Assembly (NCBI GenBank): GCA_020697715.1
Contig: JAEHCO010000002.1
Location: 192,001 to 256,000 of the forward strand
DNA from: Methanobacteriota archaeon
Lineage (GTDB): Archaea; Thermoplasmatota; Thermoplasmata; SG8-5; JAGLSY01
Reading direction: 5' to 3'
Length of the DNA: 64,000 nt
The translations under genes and the position numbers were made by a program. How positions within the stretch are numbered: position 1 is the stretch's first letter; each line of letters begins with the position of its first letter. Positions 28,701 to 39,500 of the stretch are shown here, one piece after another. Below the pieces are notes generated by a model. It did not search any database. It was not told where the DNA came from and was given only the letters and a program-made list of their open reading frames with translations.

Positions 28701-31188
28701 CCCACAGATAGGGGATGCATACATCCTCCAGGCAACAGTGCATAATCCTGGAGGCGCCGATGCCAATTTCCTTGTAAGGTTCATGGATGGCACGACCCAG
28801 ATAGGAGCAGACTCTGTGTCCATATCCGCGAATGGAAGGACAACGTCTGAAATAGTCTGGATACCTCTCTTTGCAGGACAAAGGAATATCAATGTCTTCA
28901 TAGATCCGCTCAATGAGGCCGATGAGATATTCGAGACATCCAATAATCTGGCGACCAAGCCCATTTACGTTTACTTCTTCTGGGATGACATGGAGAATGG
29001 AACATACAGATGGCAGCACTCCAGTACCGTGATGCTAATAAACGGAGAAACACCATTGGATTATTTCTCCGAGACCGCACTGTACACGGATATCGCGACA
29101 GAGTGGAATGAGACCGTGAATGTATCCGAATGTACTGATCCAGGCTTCTTCAATTCCTATGATAAATCCTTCTGGATGCAGGAGCCACCAGGTAATCTGA
29201 CCGCTCAGTCGGTGACGAGGGCAGTAATGGAGCCCGAGATTAATGCTATCTTGAATGAAACACGATACATGGACGATGATAATGTTGTGGTGAATGGTGC
29301 AGATGCTAATGACCTTACACTTACTCAGACTGCTGGTAGTGAATTCACTGAATCGCCTCTTGTAGGAACTGGAACTACAATATATACAGGCATGATGGTC
29401 TATATACGCAATCCTCAGGGTGTAAAAACATTGATATCTGGAGGAGTTGTCGGAACCGTTGCAAGGGCATGGGCAAATAATGCTGGTGGCCTCCAAAGCA
29501 CAACCTGGACGCCCCCTTCGACAGCTATGGTTGCCAATGAATCAATAGAGATTGAGATATATCAGTCTATGAACGTTGATCCACCAGTAGATTTTGCAAC
29601 CAATTTCACAACAGAGCAACTTGGAGCAAATAATCTAGAAAATGTTTCCTGGACCATCTATTATTACACACATGGGGCTAAATCAGGTGGTTCGGAGAGA
29701 GGTCGTTTCTACTATGGTGACGCAACTTACAATTCCCGAATAGAGAATTTCCAGTATAATTTAGCAAATCTGCCACCTACAATAGGCACTCCAAGTCCTG
29801 CCAATGTTACAGTTGGAAATCCAACTAACGTGAACCTAACATGGATGTCTGGTGATGCAGATAATGATACAGTATACTTCGATGTCTATCTTGGTTATCT
29901 TGGAGATGATATTGGAGATATGACCCTCATTGCTAATGACATCACAAACAATTATTTCGAGGTCACTGGTCTTGATGAAGATGTCATATATTCCTGGATC
30001 GTGGAGTGTGATGATACCTTTAACCCTGTTGTTAGTAGCCCGACCTGGGTATTTGCCACAGCAGGTATAGAAAGTGGAGGTAGTGGAGCATTCTGGGGTC
30101 TAACACCAAATGGAACTGCCAATATCAATAAAACAGCGATCACTGAAAGTGTTGACCTGAGCAATACTGAATCATCCACCTTGTCATTCTGGCACAAATA
30201 CAATATGATATCCGGAGTGAATGGCGGTGTGCTGATGGTGGGTTATAAGGAATCTGCTGGAAGTGATTTCAAATACAAATATGTCATTCCATCAAATGCC
30301 TATACTGGCAGTCTTTTAACCAATGACACTGCTAGGCAAGATGACTTCGGAACCTGGATGAGATGGGCCTGGAATGGTGTCAGCACCCGCGGAACATTTG
30401 GCTGGGAAAAGGTCACCTTAGATGTTCTGCCATATGTGCCCAATACGACCAATGCCACATACAATTACCGATCAGATGTGCGCATCCAGTTCGCTTATTA
30501 CCAGTATGGTAGCGGTAGTGGCTATGGATGGTACATAGATGATGTCCGAATTGAAGCATCTAGATCTGATTATGTGGCCCCTAATTCAAATGTCGCAGAT
30601 GTCTGGAACCTTACCGATGAGGACTCTCATAGTGGCGACTGGTCATGGAGCAATTATGATCCTGATGATCAAGATGGTATGAAGCCCGGTATAGACAATT
30701 CCTTGATGACAAATCCGATCGATCTTACGAATGCCAGATGGGCCGAGTTCAGCGCTTACTTCAAGTTCAATATAAACACAGAGAATGGTGCGCCACCAGA
30801 TGGTTTCAGAATTGAAGTGACCTCGGACAATGGTGTCACATGGAAGGATATGACCCTTGGTGTTAGATCTGCCTGGGGTGTTTCTGGTACTGGTACTGAT
30901 CTGGATGACAATAATTCTGATGATAAGTCTTACACTGGAATTCCAGATTCTGGTGAGGGAAATGCTGTAGTGGATGGTTATTGGGTGGAAGCTGGAACCC
31001 TGACACGTCTCAATATCGATCTCACACCATACTCAGGCAAGGCCATACAGATAAGGTTCAGGGTGGTAACCACTCTGACCGTTCCTGCCACTGCATATGA
31101 TCATTATGCAGATGATACAGTGGGCTTTGGAGGATTCTGGGTAGATGATGTGATAGTGCGTGGAGAGACCACGAATGTATACGGATAG
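25714..31188 (+). CDS. giant type IV pilin-like adhesin with CARDB-type Ig domains (paralog 1)
   Basis: WDDRG|VSEVVGTILMLAITVVLFS, VDPDNQIIETNEDNN and LLVDDD modules, GFWVDDV. TTG start at 25714 after GGTGA. Confidence 0.8.
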   Translation: MKRRISRKLVWDDRGVSEVVGTILMLAITVVLFSSITMWVSSMPEPQGRIYLDIEGRIVPEDINDITQGAEIRLLHVGGVDLDNFWTTLVVKIDGTRTILDMEDSTTPLGDFWEATETWTYDIAAGVLTNNSDVSVSIVDRDVDTQVWEGSLMGENTWFEPIIMNVWIDSDLVSEFPDPGPILYSPTEFMIFAQIIDPEGDHPDHGLNITNVWVNMTPIGRGYVQLTDGDSDNVFTGTIQGPTGDFGIGYYEFVVNATDYDGKYVEQTFKFSVGGDVGQNPQIIVGKNNITSGEKYIWTVPENPLHGDTVQLYAKIRNRGGAGAMVDINFWDNTTGTNISTVQALINFGDYIVSTPWLASPGGLHNITVNATVNETWSIKNGISELIVIDNQNSTEVIVLPTILLVDDDAHMNDGSLADTSAFMRASLEASDFNYDFTVVSTGGDGPAYNEGDYRLEEYDIVIWMTGYEKSYTLKVSDMENIWAFLNNSGSLWVIGEGIFEDPVVTDLFLSDLHATRKTGPNPNPVDVYDLKDRDIWGMAGHNVTDYFSVKNITLRERIDGFSDGYDLGWGSGEFALLNNDTAADIILATNYSDDAGLGMRIFTQSFEFSMIETTADMAQLSYKVITWLGRIDMKFGRDLAVSEQFISPSTVFYQQPVTITGVIRNNGFAIEPSVNWSLTITEPDGTEWNFKSTDPTDEDGNVSLGIGQDNSYTIIREWTPRLVGIHTIVFEVDPDNQIIETNEDNNVLSDLLESGEINVQYIVLVVNDESIGGINETGNITSALDSLNYDYDLINGTEANDTTLTKYNAIIWVGGDTFDPLSTEQQENITLYLNANGRFWLTGRDCVGDDIDTDLEIDYFQLNTITTNVAMPSTLQGLDTNPLAPNPITHGMKYESNGTHDCDSITGSSADNVTGILYQDKTAGINGTFNGISYDSGTYRTVVTTFAINSLNSTDDREELVFMILHWFDKPDERTELRITDSDIKIRDSVGIMTHPQIGDAYILQATVHNPGGADANFLVRFMDGTTQIGADSVSISANGRTTSEIVWIPLFAGQRNINVFIDPLNEADEIFETSNNLATKPIYVYFFWDDMENGTYRWQHSSTVMLINGETPLDYFSETALYTDIATEWNETVNVSECTDPGFFNSYDKSFWMQEPPGNLTAQSVTRAVMEPEINAILNETRYMDDDNVVVNGADANDLTLTQTAGSEFTESPLVGTGTTIYTGMMVYIRNPQGVKTLISGGVVGTVARAWANNAGGLQSTTWTPPSTAMVANESIEIEIYQSMNVDPPVDFATNFTTEQLGANNLENVSWTIYYYTHGAKSGGSERGRFYYGDATYNSRIENFQYNLANLPPTIGTPSPANVTVGNPTNVNLTWMSGDADNDTVYFDVYLGYLGDDIGDMTLIANDITNNYFEVTGLDEDVIYSWIVECDDTFNPVVSSPTWVFATAGIESGGSGAFWGLTPNGTANINKTAITESVDLSNTESSTLSFWHKYNMISGVNGGVLMVGYKESAGSDFKYKYVIPSNAYTGSLLTNDTARQDDFGTWMRWAWNGVSTRGTFGWEKVTLDVLPYVPNTTNATYNYRSDVRIQFAYYQYGSGSGYGWYIDDVRIEASRSDYVAPNSNVADVWNLTDEDSHSGDWSWSNYDPDDQDGMKPGIDNSLMTNPIDLTNARWAEFSAYFKFNINTENGAPPDGFRIEVTSDNGVTWKDMTLGVRSAWGVSGTGTDLDDNNSDDKSYTGIPDSGEGNAVVDGYWVEAGTLTRLNIDLTPYSGKAIQIRFRVVTTLTVPATAYDHYADDTVGFGGFWVDDVIVRGETTNVYG

Positions 31189-31199
31189 GAGGTAAAATA

Positions 31200-34100
31200 A
31201 TGGATTTCGAAAGAAGAATGAAAAGGAAGATCGCCTGGGACAATAGGGGTGTGTCAGAGGTCATTGGAACCATTCTTACGATGAGCATTACCGTCGTCCT
31301 TTTTTCCAGCATCATCTTGATGGTGGGACGATTTCCAGCACCTGGAAGTAATGCATTTGTAACTCTATCTGGAACCGTGGATCCACAGAATGATTGGGCT
31401 GATGGGGCGTATATCAATCTCACCAATACGGGCGGGATTACCTTGACAAGCCTTTTTACCCAGATATACATGAAAATAGATGGCACATCTTATAGCCTTG
31501 AAACAAGAGGAGTAGATAGTGGCATGCCTTATGGTCTGATAGGGACCAATGTCGATTGGGAGGTCGGTGATACGTGGTCTATCAAGATCCCTGCGGGCGA
31601 TATCTCAGCGCTATCGAAGATCGATGTAGCTATCATTGATGTCAATAAGGATACAGTTGTATGGACCCATGAACTATTTGGTGGTGGCCAGTCTCTTTCT
31701 CCTGTGGTTATAGAAGGATGGGTGGATTCGGATACGAAAACACCAAGGCAGGACCCCATAAGGTTCAATCATCCCTTTACTTTCTTTGTCAAGATAATGG
31801 ATCCTAATAATGATCTAGATCCTAATTCTGTCTATGTGGATATGTCTGATATTGGTCTTAGCTCAAGCAAGCTGATGATCGATGATGATAATGATGGTAC
31901 TTTTGTGAATGTCAGCATGATGGGCGGGCACATAACTGTCGGATACTACAAGTTCATAGTCTATGTCAGTGACATGTCGGGAAATAAAATATCCAGTACT
32001 ATAACTGTTCCTCTGGGTCAGGATATCGGAAATGTGGTGAATTTGGCAGTTCTTAATGACACGATGTTATTCAGCATTGATAATCCCAAGCATGGTGACA
32101 TAGTTACCATATCCGCCGTGATCAGGAATACTGGATTGGATTATTCCTGGGTGGATGTATACTTCTACGACGGGAATATGTCAACCGCCCCTATCGGACA
32201 TAATGAGATATTGATCTCCGGTGTTGATTCACAAACTGCTTTCATAGACTGGAGAGCGGCCCCTGGAGGTATACATCAGATATATGTGGAAGCTGTTGTA
32301 AGAGCACCAAAGGAAGATTTCGATCCAACTGATAATTTCAATTGGACCAAGCTATCTGTTCTACCTACTATATTGTTAGTGGATGATGATAATCATGACA
32401 ATGACAGGTCGGATGCAGATACTGTAAGTTTCATGCGTTCATCCCTTGAATCAGGTTCATTCCAGTATGATTATCTGAAAGTGGGCCAGAACCTGAATGG
32501 ACCCGGTTATAATTATGGAAGTTACAGATTGCAGAATTATGACATCGTGATATGGATGACCGGGTATGAAAGCACAAGCACACTTACAATGGATGACCAG
32601 GCCAATCTAAAGAGATACCTGACCGATACATCCAATGATAGGAACAATACTGGAAGTCTTTGGCTCATTGGGAATAACTGGTTGGAGGATCCCAACCTTG
32701 ATGAGGCCTTCTCCAATTCAACATTCTTAAGGGATTATCTTCACATTGATTCTTCGGCTGCCATTGTATCGCCTGGCAATACAATGGCAGGCCTGAATTC
32801 TCATATCATATCCAAAGAATGGACAACTACTGGCTCCAGTAAGCCTTTTGATATCATTAAGAGAGATGGAGGCGATGACACTCTTTACAATATAACTCGT
32901 GCTCCTGTCGCTACTGGCTATGTGGAGGATATGCTTGTGGTGGGCAATGATACCACTGCCATAAATTATGAGAACAATATCCTGGATGAAAGAATTGTGG
33001 TGTTCCCTTGGGAATTCTCCAGAATAGATGATCCTTCGATACAGACACAGATGGCCTTCAAGGTCATTAGATGGCTGGGTGGTATCGATGAGACCCTTGG
33101 GAAGGATCTTGCCATATCCAGCCAGAAAATGTCTCTATCATATATCTTCTATCAACAAGAGGTCATGATAAGTGCCACGGTACGAAATAATGGCGAGGAG
33201 GCTCTTACCGGTGTCAAAGTTTTGATGTTCGTTGATGGTGAGGCACAACCAGACAGTGAGCGTATAATCTCACTTGAAGGAGATGGTGGAAGTCGTAGGG
33301 TATTTTTCAATTGGACTGCAAATGTTGTAGGACCACACACGATCAAATGGAAGGTTGACCCACTCGACATAATTCATGAGACCAATGAGAACAATAATGA
33401 GGTGTCGGATTATCTGACCACTGGCGAGCTTATCGTGGAGTTCAGGATATTGGTGGTAGATGATGATGATAGCTCGAACAATGGAGGGGGAGAATACAAT
33501 GAGACCAAGGTCATAAAAAATATCATGGACGATCTTGGATATGTCTATGAGAATCATACTGTCACCAATACCGGTATCAATGGTCCTGGCGCGGAAACAC
33601 TGGATGATTACAGTGCGGTCATATGGGTCACAGGTAATGCCAGTACGGATACTTTGACATTGGTGGACGAGGTCAATATCAAAGACTATATGAGAAATCA
33701 TAATGGCAGGCTCTGGCTAGTAGGTGCGAATTGCCTAGGAGATAGTGTGACCCCTGGATTCGAAGATATTGTATTTGGTATAGATGGCATAAATGATAAT
33801 GAACAACTGCCAGAAATTCTGAATGGGGTGGAGGACGATCCGATCACTCATGGTATGGAAATACAGATATCTGATGGCGACGGAGCCGATGCGGACACCA
33901 TAACTACAGGAACTGGGGCAAATGGCTTCCTGGCAGATGGTAATGAGTATTATGGAATAAGGTACTATTCCAATGTTTCTTCTTCTTTCAGTGCTGTTAT
34001 GACCATGTCCTTTATGAACATCGCTGGAAATACCCCGGGTTACATCAGTGGCAGTAATGCCAGATCTGAATTATTGTACATGATATTCCACTGGTTCCAG

Positions 34101-36566
34101 AAACCAGATATGAGAACTGAATTGAGAATAACCAACACAGATCTTTCAGTATCTGATCAAAATCCTGTATTGGGGGATGCGTATATCCTCCAGGCTACAG
34201 TGCATAATGCAGGATACGTTGAAGGAAATGCACTTATTCGCTTCATGGATGGCAATACCCAGATAGGATCTGACTCCATCAGCATAAGCCCAGATGATAC
34301 TACGACTGCCGAGGTAATATGGAGACCACTCTTTGCAGGAAATAGGAACATAACCGTCATGGTAGACCCATTCATTCCAGTATCTGAAGTACCGGAGATC
34401 TTCGAGTGGTTCAATAATAATATCACCATGCCCATTTACGTATACTTCTTCTGGGATGATATGGAGGACACGGCCAGTAGCTTGAATAAATGGAACCATT
34501 ACTCCACTATTGTCAATATCAATGGAGAGAATCCTATAGACTACTTCACGACCACCACAAATATGGACACGGATGTCATTTCGAATTGGGATGCCACAGC
34601 CAGCTATGGTGTGGATGTAGTCACGGACGAGTTCCATACTTACGACACTTCTTTCTTCATGGAGGAACCCACAGGGGCCTTTGGAGAGAAGGCGGATGTG
34701 CTGGTGGGTATAGTCATAGATAATTCACCTTCCATGGTTAACAGATTTTGTCCAGATGGCTCTGGCAGAACCTATCTCAGGGTGGCTATGGATGCTGCTA
34801 TCGGTATGGTCAATGAATTCACGGATGAATCCGCTGTAGGTGTTTACATATTCAAAGGTGCGAATGAAGAACAGCTTATCCAAATAACAGATCTAGCAGG
34901 AAATGGCAGGCAAACTGTCATAGATAAAATTAATACGATAAAGACCGAACAGGGAAACACCAATACAGCTATCTGGGATGCAATCGGATTCCAGTATGAT
35001 GAGGTGTGGCTGGCCAAGGCTCTGCCTAAATATGAAAAACATTATGCAGCTGTAGTATCATTGGGAGATGGAGCAGATTACCAGGCTTCTGATGATTCTG
35101 CCTACAAATTGCAGAGTATTGAATCTGGAAGCGATGTATGGGCTCCGTGGGGAGATATGGATGCCGAAGGTGGTTATCCAACCCAGAATTATCCAAATCA
35201 TCAAGGAAAATACTGGTTCTTTGAAGACGAACTACCTGGCATCTGGGAGACTGCTGGCAGTGGAGCATACAAACCAAACAGGAAAGGATTAATCAACTCA
35301 AATGTTCCGATCTACACCATAGGTCTTGCTTTGGAACACTATGATACACCTTATGAGAGTGCCCTGCCAGCATTCCCTGGTGACGGAACACAGGATACAA
35401 ATACCCATGTATTCGATACTGATTTTACAGAATCTGGTACAGTCGAGTACAATTTCTGGCGCATAGCCAATACCTCAGAGGCCGAGTACTTCTACTCGGA
35501 GGACGGCTCGGATCTCGAAGATATCTTCACCCAGATTGGCCAGATTATCGGAGCAACTGGTTTCAATCAAACAAGAGCTGTCGATGATGAGAATATAGAC
35601 AAGAGAGCGGTCACCGAGACCTTTAGCTTGACAGATATGGAGAGCGCGCAACTCAGTTTCTGGCATAAATACAACCTGATCCAGGGCGGTAATGGAGGTT
35701 TCCTCGAGGTCGCCTACAAGGACGACGCTGTGGATGGCAATGGCGACGGTGATCCTACCAATGACTGGGATTTCAAATACGTGGTCCCACCAGGCCAGTA
35801 TTCTGGTGGTTTGTATTACAATTACAATGTATCTGATGATTTCAACACCACGATAAAATGGTGCTGGAATGGTATCAGCGGAGGCGGGGCATTTACGTGG
35901 GATTACGTAAATGTTGATATATTATCTTACATCCCTGTTGGTTACAGGGACGAGGTCAGAATAGTCTTCAATTACACCCAATGGGGTGGCGGAATGGGTG
36001 AGGGATGGTGGATAGACGATGTCCAACTGAAGGTATCCCGATCGGATTCCGTATCCCCGATAGACCACAAAGATGTATGGGATCTTGTGAATATGACAGC
36101 TATGGGCAATACATCCCATAGTGGCGACTTCTGCTGGAGCAATATGGATCCCACAACTGGCTTTATGATGTCTGGTATTGACAATTCACTTCAGACCATG
36201 CCAATTGACCTTACTGGTGCCAAGAGTGCTTATCTTTCTGCCTATGTCAAGTTCAATATCAATACAGATGATGGCTACCCACCAGATGGCTTCAGGGTGG
36301 AGATCTCCAATAATGGAGGCATGACCTGGGATGCTATCAATCAAGGATACAGGACAGCCAGTGGAACAATGGATTGGACCTCGATAGGTGATCTTACCGA
36401 GATAAATGTTGACCTGACCAGTTGGCGTGGCTACCAGATAGTGATAAGGTTCAGAGTGTGTACGAATACCGATCCAGGATATGCTCACTATGCTGATGCC
36501 AGTTCTGATGGTGGATTCTATGTGGATGATGTCCAGGTCAAGGGCGAGTCCATTCATGGTGGCTGA
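31200..36566 (+). CDS. giant type IV pilin-like adhesin with CARDB domains and vWA insert (paralog 2)
   Basis: WDNRG|VSEVIGTILTMSITVVLFS. Collinear with paralog 1. MIDAS motif DNSPS, plus T.IWDAI, LGDG and IYTIGL. Confidence 0.82.
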   Translation: MDFERRMKRKIAWDNRGVSEVIGTILTMSITVVLFSSIILMVGRFPAPGSNAFVTLSGTVDPQNDWADGAYINLTNTGGITLTSLFTQIYMKIDGTSYSLETRGVDSGMPYGLIGTNVDWEVGDTWSIKIPAGDISALSKIDVAIIDVNKDTVVWTHELFGGGQSLSPVVIEGWVDSDTKTPRQDPIRFNHPFTFFVKIMDPNNDLDPNSVYVDMSDIGLSSSKLMIDDDNDGTFVNVSMMGGHITVGYYKFIVYVSDMSGNKISSTITVPLGQDIGNVVNLAVLNDTMLFSIDNPKHGDIVTISAVIRNTGLDYSWVDVYFYDGNMSTAPIGHNEILISGVDSQTAFIDWRAAPGGIHQIYVEAVVRAPKEDFDPTDNFNWTKLSVLPTILLVDDDNHDNDRSDADTVSFMRSSLESGSFQYDYLKVGQNLNGPGYNYGSYRLQNYDIVIWMTGYESTSTLTMDDQANLKRYLTDTSNDRNNTGSLWLIGNNWLEDPNLDEAFSNSTFLRDYLHIDSSAAIVSPGNTMAGLNSHIISKEWTTTGSSKPFDIIKRDGGDDTLYNITRAPVATGYVEDMLVVGNDTTAINYENNILDERIVVFPWEFSRIDDPSIQTQMAFKVIRWLGGIDETLGKDLAISSQKMSLSYIFYQQEVMISATVRNNGEEALTGVKVLMFVDGEAQPDSERIISLEGDGGSRRVFFNWTANVVGPHTIKWKVDPLDIIHETNENNNEVSDYLTTGELIVEFRILVVDDDDSSNNGGGEYNETKVIKNIMDDLGYVYENHTVTNTGINGPGAETLDDYSAVIWVTGNASTDTLTLVDEVNIKDYMRNHNGRLWLVGANCLGDSVTPGFEDIVFGIDGINDNEQLPEILNGVEDDPITHGMEIQISDGDGADADTITTGTGANGFLADGNEYYGIRYYSNVSSSFSAVMTMSFMNIAGNTPGYISGSNARSELLYMIFHWFQKPDMRTELRITNTDLSVSDQNPVLGDAYILQATVHNAGYVEGNALIRFMDGNTQIGSDSISISPDDTTTAEVIWRPLFAGNRNITVMVDPFIPVSEVPEIFEWFNNNITMPIYVYFFWDDMEDTASSLNKWNHYSTIVNINGENPIDYFTTTTNMDTDVISNWDATASYGVDVVTDEFHTYDTSFFMEEPTGAFGEKADVLVGIVIDNSPSMVNRFCPDGSGRTYLRVAMDAAIGMVNEFTDESAVGVYIFKGANEEQLIQITDLAGNGRQTVIDKINTIKTEQGNTNTAIWDAIGFQYDEVWLAKALPKYEKHYAAVVSLGDGADYQASDDSAYKLQSIESGSDVWAPWGDMDAEGGYPTQNYPNHQGKYWFFEDELPGIWETAGSGAYKPNRKGLINSNVPIYTIGLALEHYDTPYESALPAFPGDGTQDTNTHVFDTDFTESGTVEYNFWRIANTSEAEYFYSEDGSDLEDIFTQIGQIIGATGFNQTRAVDDENIDKRAVTETFSLTDMESAQLSFWHKYNLIQGGNGGFLEVAYKDDAVDGNGDGDPTNDWDFKYVVPPGQYSGGLYYNYNVSDDFNTTIKWCWNGISGGGAFTWDYVNVDILSYIPVGYRDEVRIVFNYTQWGGGMGEGWWIDDVQLKVSRSDSVSPIDHKDVWDLVNMTAMGNTSHSGDFCWSNMDPTTGFMMSGIDNSLQTMPIDLTGAKSAYLSAYVKFNINTDDGYPPDGFRVEISNNGGMTWDAINQGYRTASGTMDWTSIGDLTEINVDLTSWRGYQIVIRFRVCTNTDPGYAHYADASSDGGFYVDDVQVKGESIHGG

Positions 36567-36581
36567 AAGGTTGGATAATGA

Positions 36582-39500
36582 ATGAAAAGGAATTATCATG
36601 TCCAGATAGTGATAGTAATACTGCTTCTATCCAGCCTGGGTACTGGTCTCTGGAATGGTCAGGGGACTGATGATGCCGGCCATGCTCCAGATACTTATCC
36701 GGATCAATTCCCCGAAGTAGAAAATGATGTGATATCCGATCCTGATAGCCTGGGGAAAGAAGGAACTAGACAGACCACTTTCAATTCCTATCATAATTAT
36801 AATGAGACTGTCAGTCTTCTTCAAGAGCTTGTAAATGAACATCGAAATATAGCAAGTCTGCATGATCTAGGAGATACATCTCAGGGCAGGGATATACTCG
36901 CTGTCAAGGTTTCGGATGATGTCGGAACAGATGATCCCAATGAGCCAGATATCCTTTACATGGGCGCACATCATGGCAATGAGCCCATTTCTGCCGAGGT
37001 TCCCCTGTATATTCTGGATTTCCTGCTTTCCAATTACCTGGACAATGGAACTGTCAGGAAGTGGATCGACACCAGGGAGATATGGTTCATACCCATGGTG
37101 AATCCCGACGGGATCGAGGCCGGAACCAGGAAGAATGCGAATCTTACTGGTGTGGACCTGAATAGAAATTATGGCTGGGAGTGGGGCACCCAGGGAGCAA
37201 GTGATGATCCTTATGATATCACATACCGTGGAGAGTATTCATTCTCCGAGTCTGAGACCAGGGCCATTCGTGATCTGGCCTTGGAAAAGCAATTTACACT
37301 TTCCATGTCCTTTCACAGCTATGGTCAGTTGGTCTATTACCCCTGGGGTAATTCCATAGATACCATATCTCCGCAAAGACGATTGCTGGAAAATATCAGT
37401 TCCGAGATCGGCGAGAGGAATGGCTATATGCCTGTGGAAGCGAACATGGATGGAACTTATATCACATCCGGAGATAGCGATGACTGGCTATATTCCGAAG
37501 GTGTTCTTCCCTTTACCATTGAACTTTCTACCGTGTATGAGCCTCCAGAACATGAGATACTTGGCATATGTGAGAATAATCTGGCATCATCTCTTTATCT
37601 TCTGGATATTGCGGATGATCCAAAAAGATCCCAGGAGGATGACTGGACCTTCATGGTCTACATGGCCGGAGACAATTCATTAAATTCGGAAGCTCTGGAT
37701 GATCTCAATGAGATGGAGGTCGGGGGGTCGACCCAGGATGTCAATATCATAGCACTCTTCGATGGTACGACCGGGGGAGATTCCAGGATATTTCAGATCA
37801 CCAAGGATCCTGGTGGTAATAATATCGGCATAGTCAGTCAGGTCATCGATGATCAGGGCGCGGTAATAGATCCTCTCACCAATGAGGTGGATATGAGCTC
37901 ATATTTGGTTTTGGATGACTTTGTTGATTGGACCATGGAAAACTATCCGGCTCAAAGAACCGCATTGATAATCTGGGATCATGGAAATGGTATCTTCGGA
38001 GGTCTGGCTCAGGATGGGATCAATCTGATGCCAACATGGGATATGAGGCAGGCACTAATTGGACATGACCTTGATATTGTGGGTATGGACCTATGCTGGC
38101 ATGGATGTGTGGAGACAGCCTATGAATTGGTAGGAATAGCGGATTTCTTTATCGGCTCCATAGCGGAGGAACCGTCAGATGGCTGGGACTACTCTGCCAT
38201 ATCCGAATTCCTGATAGGTGATCCGAATTCAGATGCCGAAGCACTATCTCGGGAGATCGTAGATAGCTATCGCATCTCTACATCCACGATACCCTGGGCA
38301 ACCTTGTCTGCGATGGATATGTATCTGTTCGAGAAGGACTTGATCCCCGATCTGAATGCTTTTTCAATAAGACTTCATGATCTGATGTACAATGAACAGG
38401 CCAGTATAAGGGCAGCACGGTCTCGATGCTCGGTCTTTGATATTAACAAACAATATTATGCAGATATAGGGGAATTCATCGATCAATTGTTGATAGAGAA
38501 TATTTCCACAAACCTGCAAGAATATGCTGTCAGTTTAAAATTCGATCTGGATAGAGCCACAATTGCTAGTTATTCAGGCCTCGCCTATCCGAACATAATG
38601 GGTCTGGGAATATACTTTCCAGAACAGAATTATAATAATTACTACAGCACGGAATTCCAGTTCTCGGATTCCGATTGGGTAGGTTTCCTTCCTGTGTTCA
38701 GGTCACCAGTTCAGACCCCGGTCTTGGAACATGATGGTATCTTGGATGTGGCGGAGATCGTTGGCACATTAATGTTCAATGTGACCATAATCGATGATAA
38801 CCTGGATACAGATGAACTATTCATCAATTATCGAACAGGAGGCAGTCTCTGGGAGAAGGAGGCCCTGGTAGGTTCTGGAAGCTCTTACTCGGCAAATATT
38901 ACCAGCTGGGGCATATACGGGATCGATTATTATTTCTCGGCCACTGACCTTACTGGAAATACGATCACCTATCCATATGGCATCAATCTCGGAAGCTCAG
39001 AATTCTTAACATATGAAATGACAGAAAGACCCACACTATCCATCAAGGCAATCGAGCATTCATCCAGCAATAGCACTTTGTCTGGAGATAATTTCACAAT
39101 ACGGGTGCAGATAGAGAATCAAGGAAGTACATTATTTACTGGAGTGAACGTGACACTTTTCATTCTGAATAATGGTAGCAGAAGATACCTGGATGATAGG
39201 ATATTGTCCATCCAGGCATGGGGGATGGCCAATGCCACCTTTGTCTGGGTTGCCGAATCCGGCGATCACACTCTACTAATGGATCTGTCCTTCCGCTTGG
39301 AAAGTCTTGATAATGTCACTCTCGATGTCCAAATCTCCGATCCCGTCATCACTGATGAGTTCATCACGGTGGAGGAGCTTGAGAATGAGCTGGATAGACT
39401 CTGGTTTGGAGTTATAATAGTGGTTGTCATGGCCATGATGATCTCTATGGGGACCCTGATGTGGGGCAAGCAGAATGTGAAAAAGAAGAAGAAGGTATTG

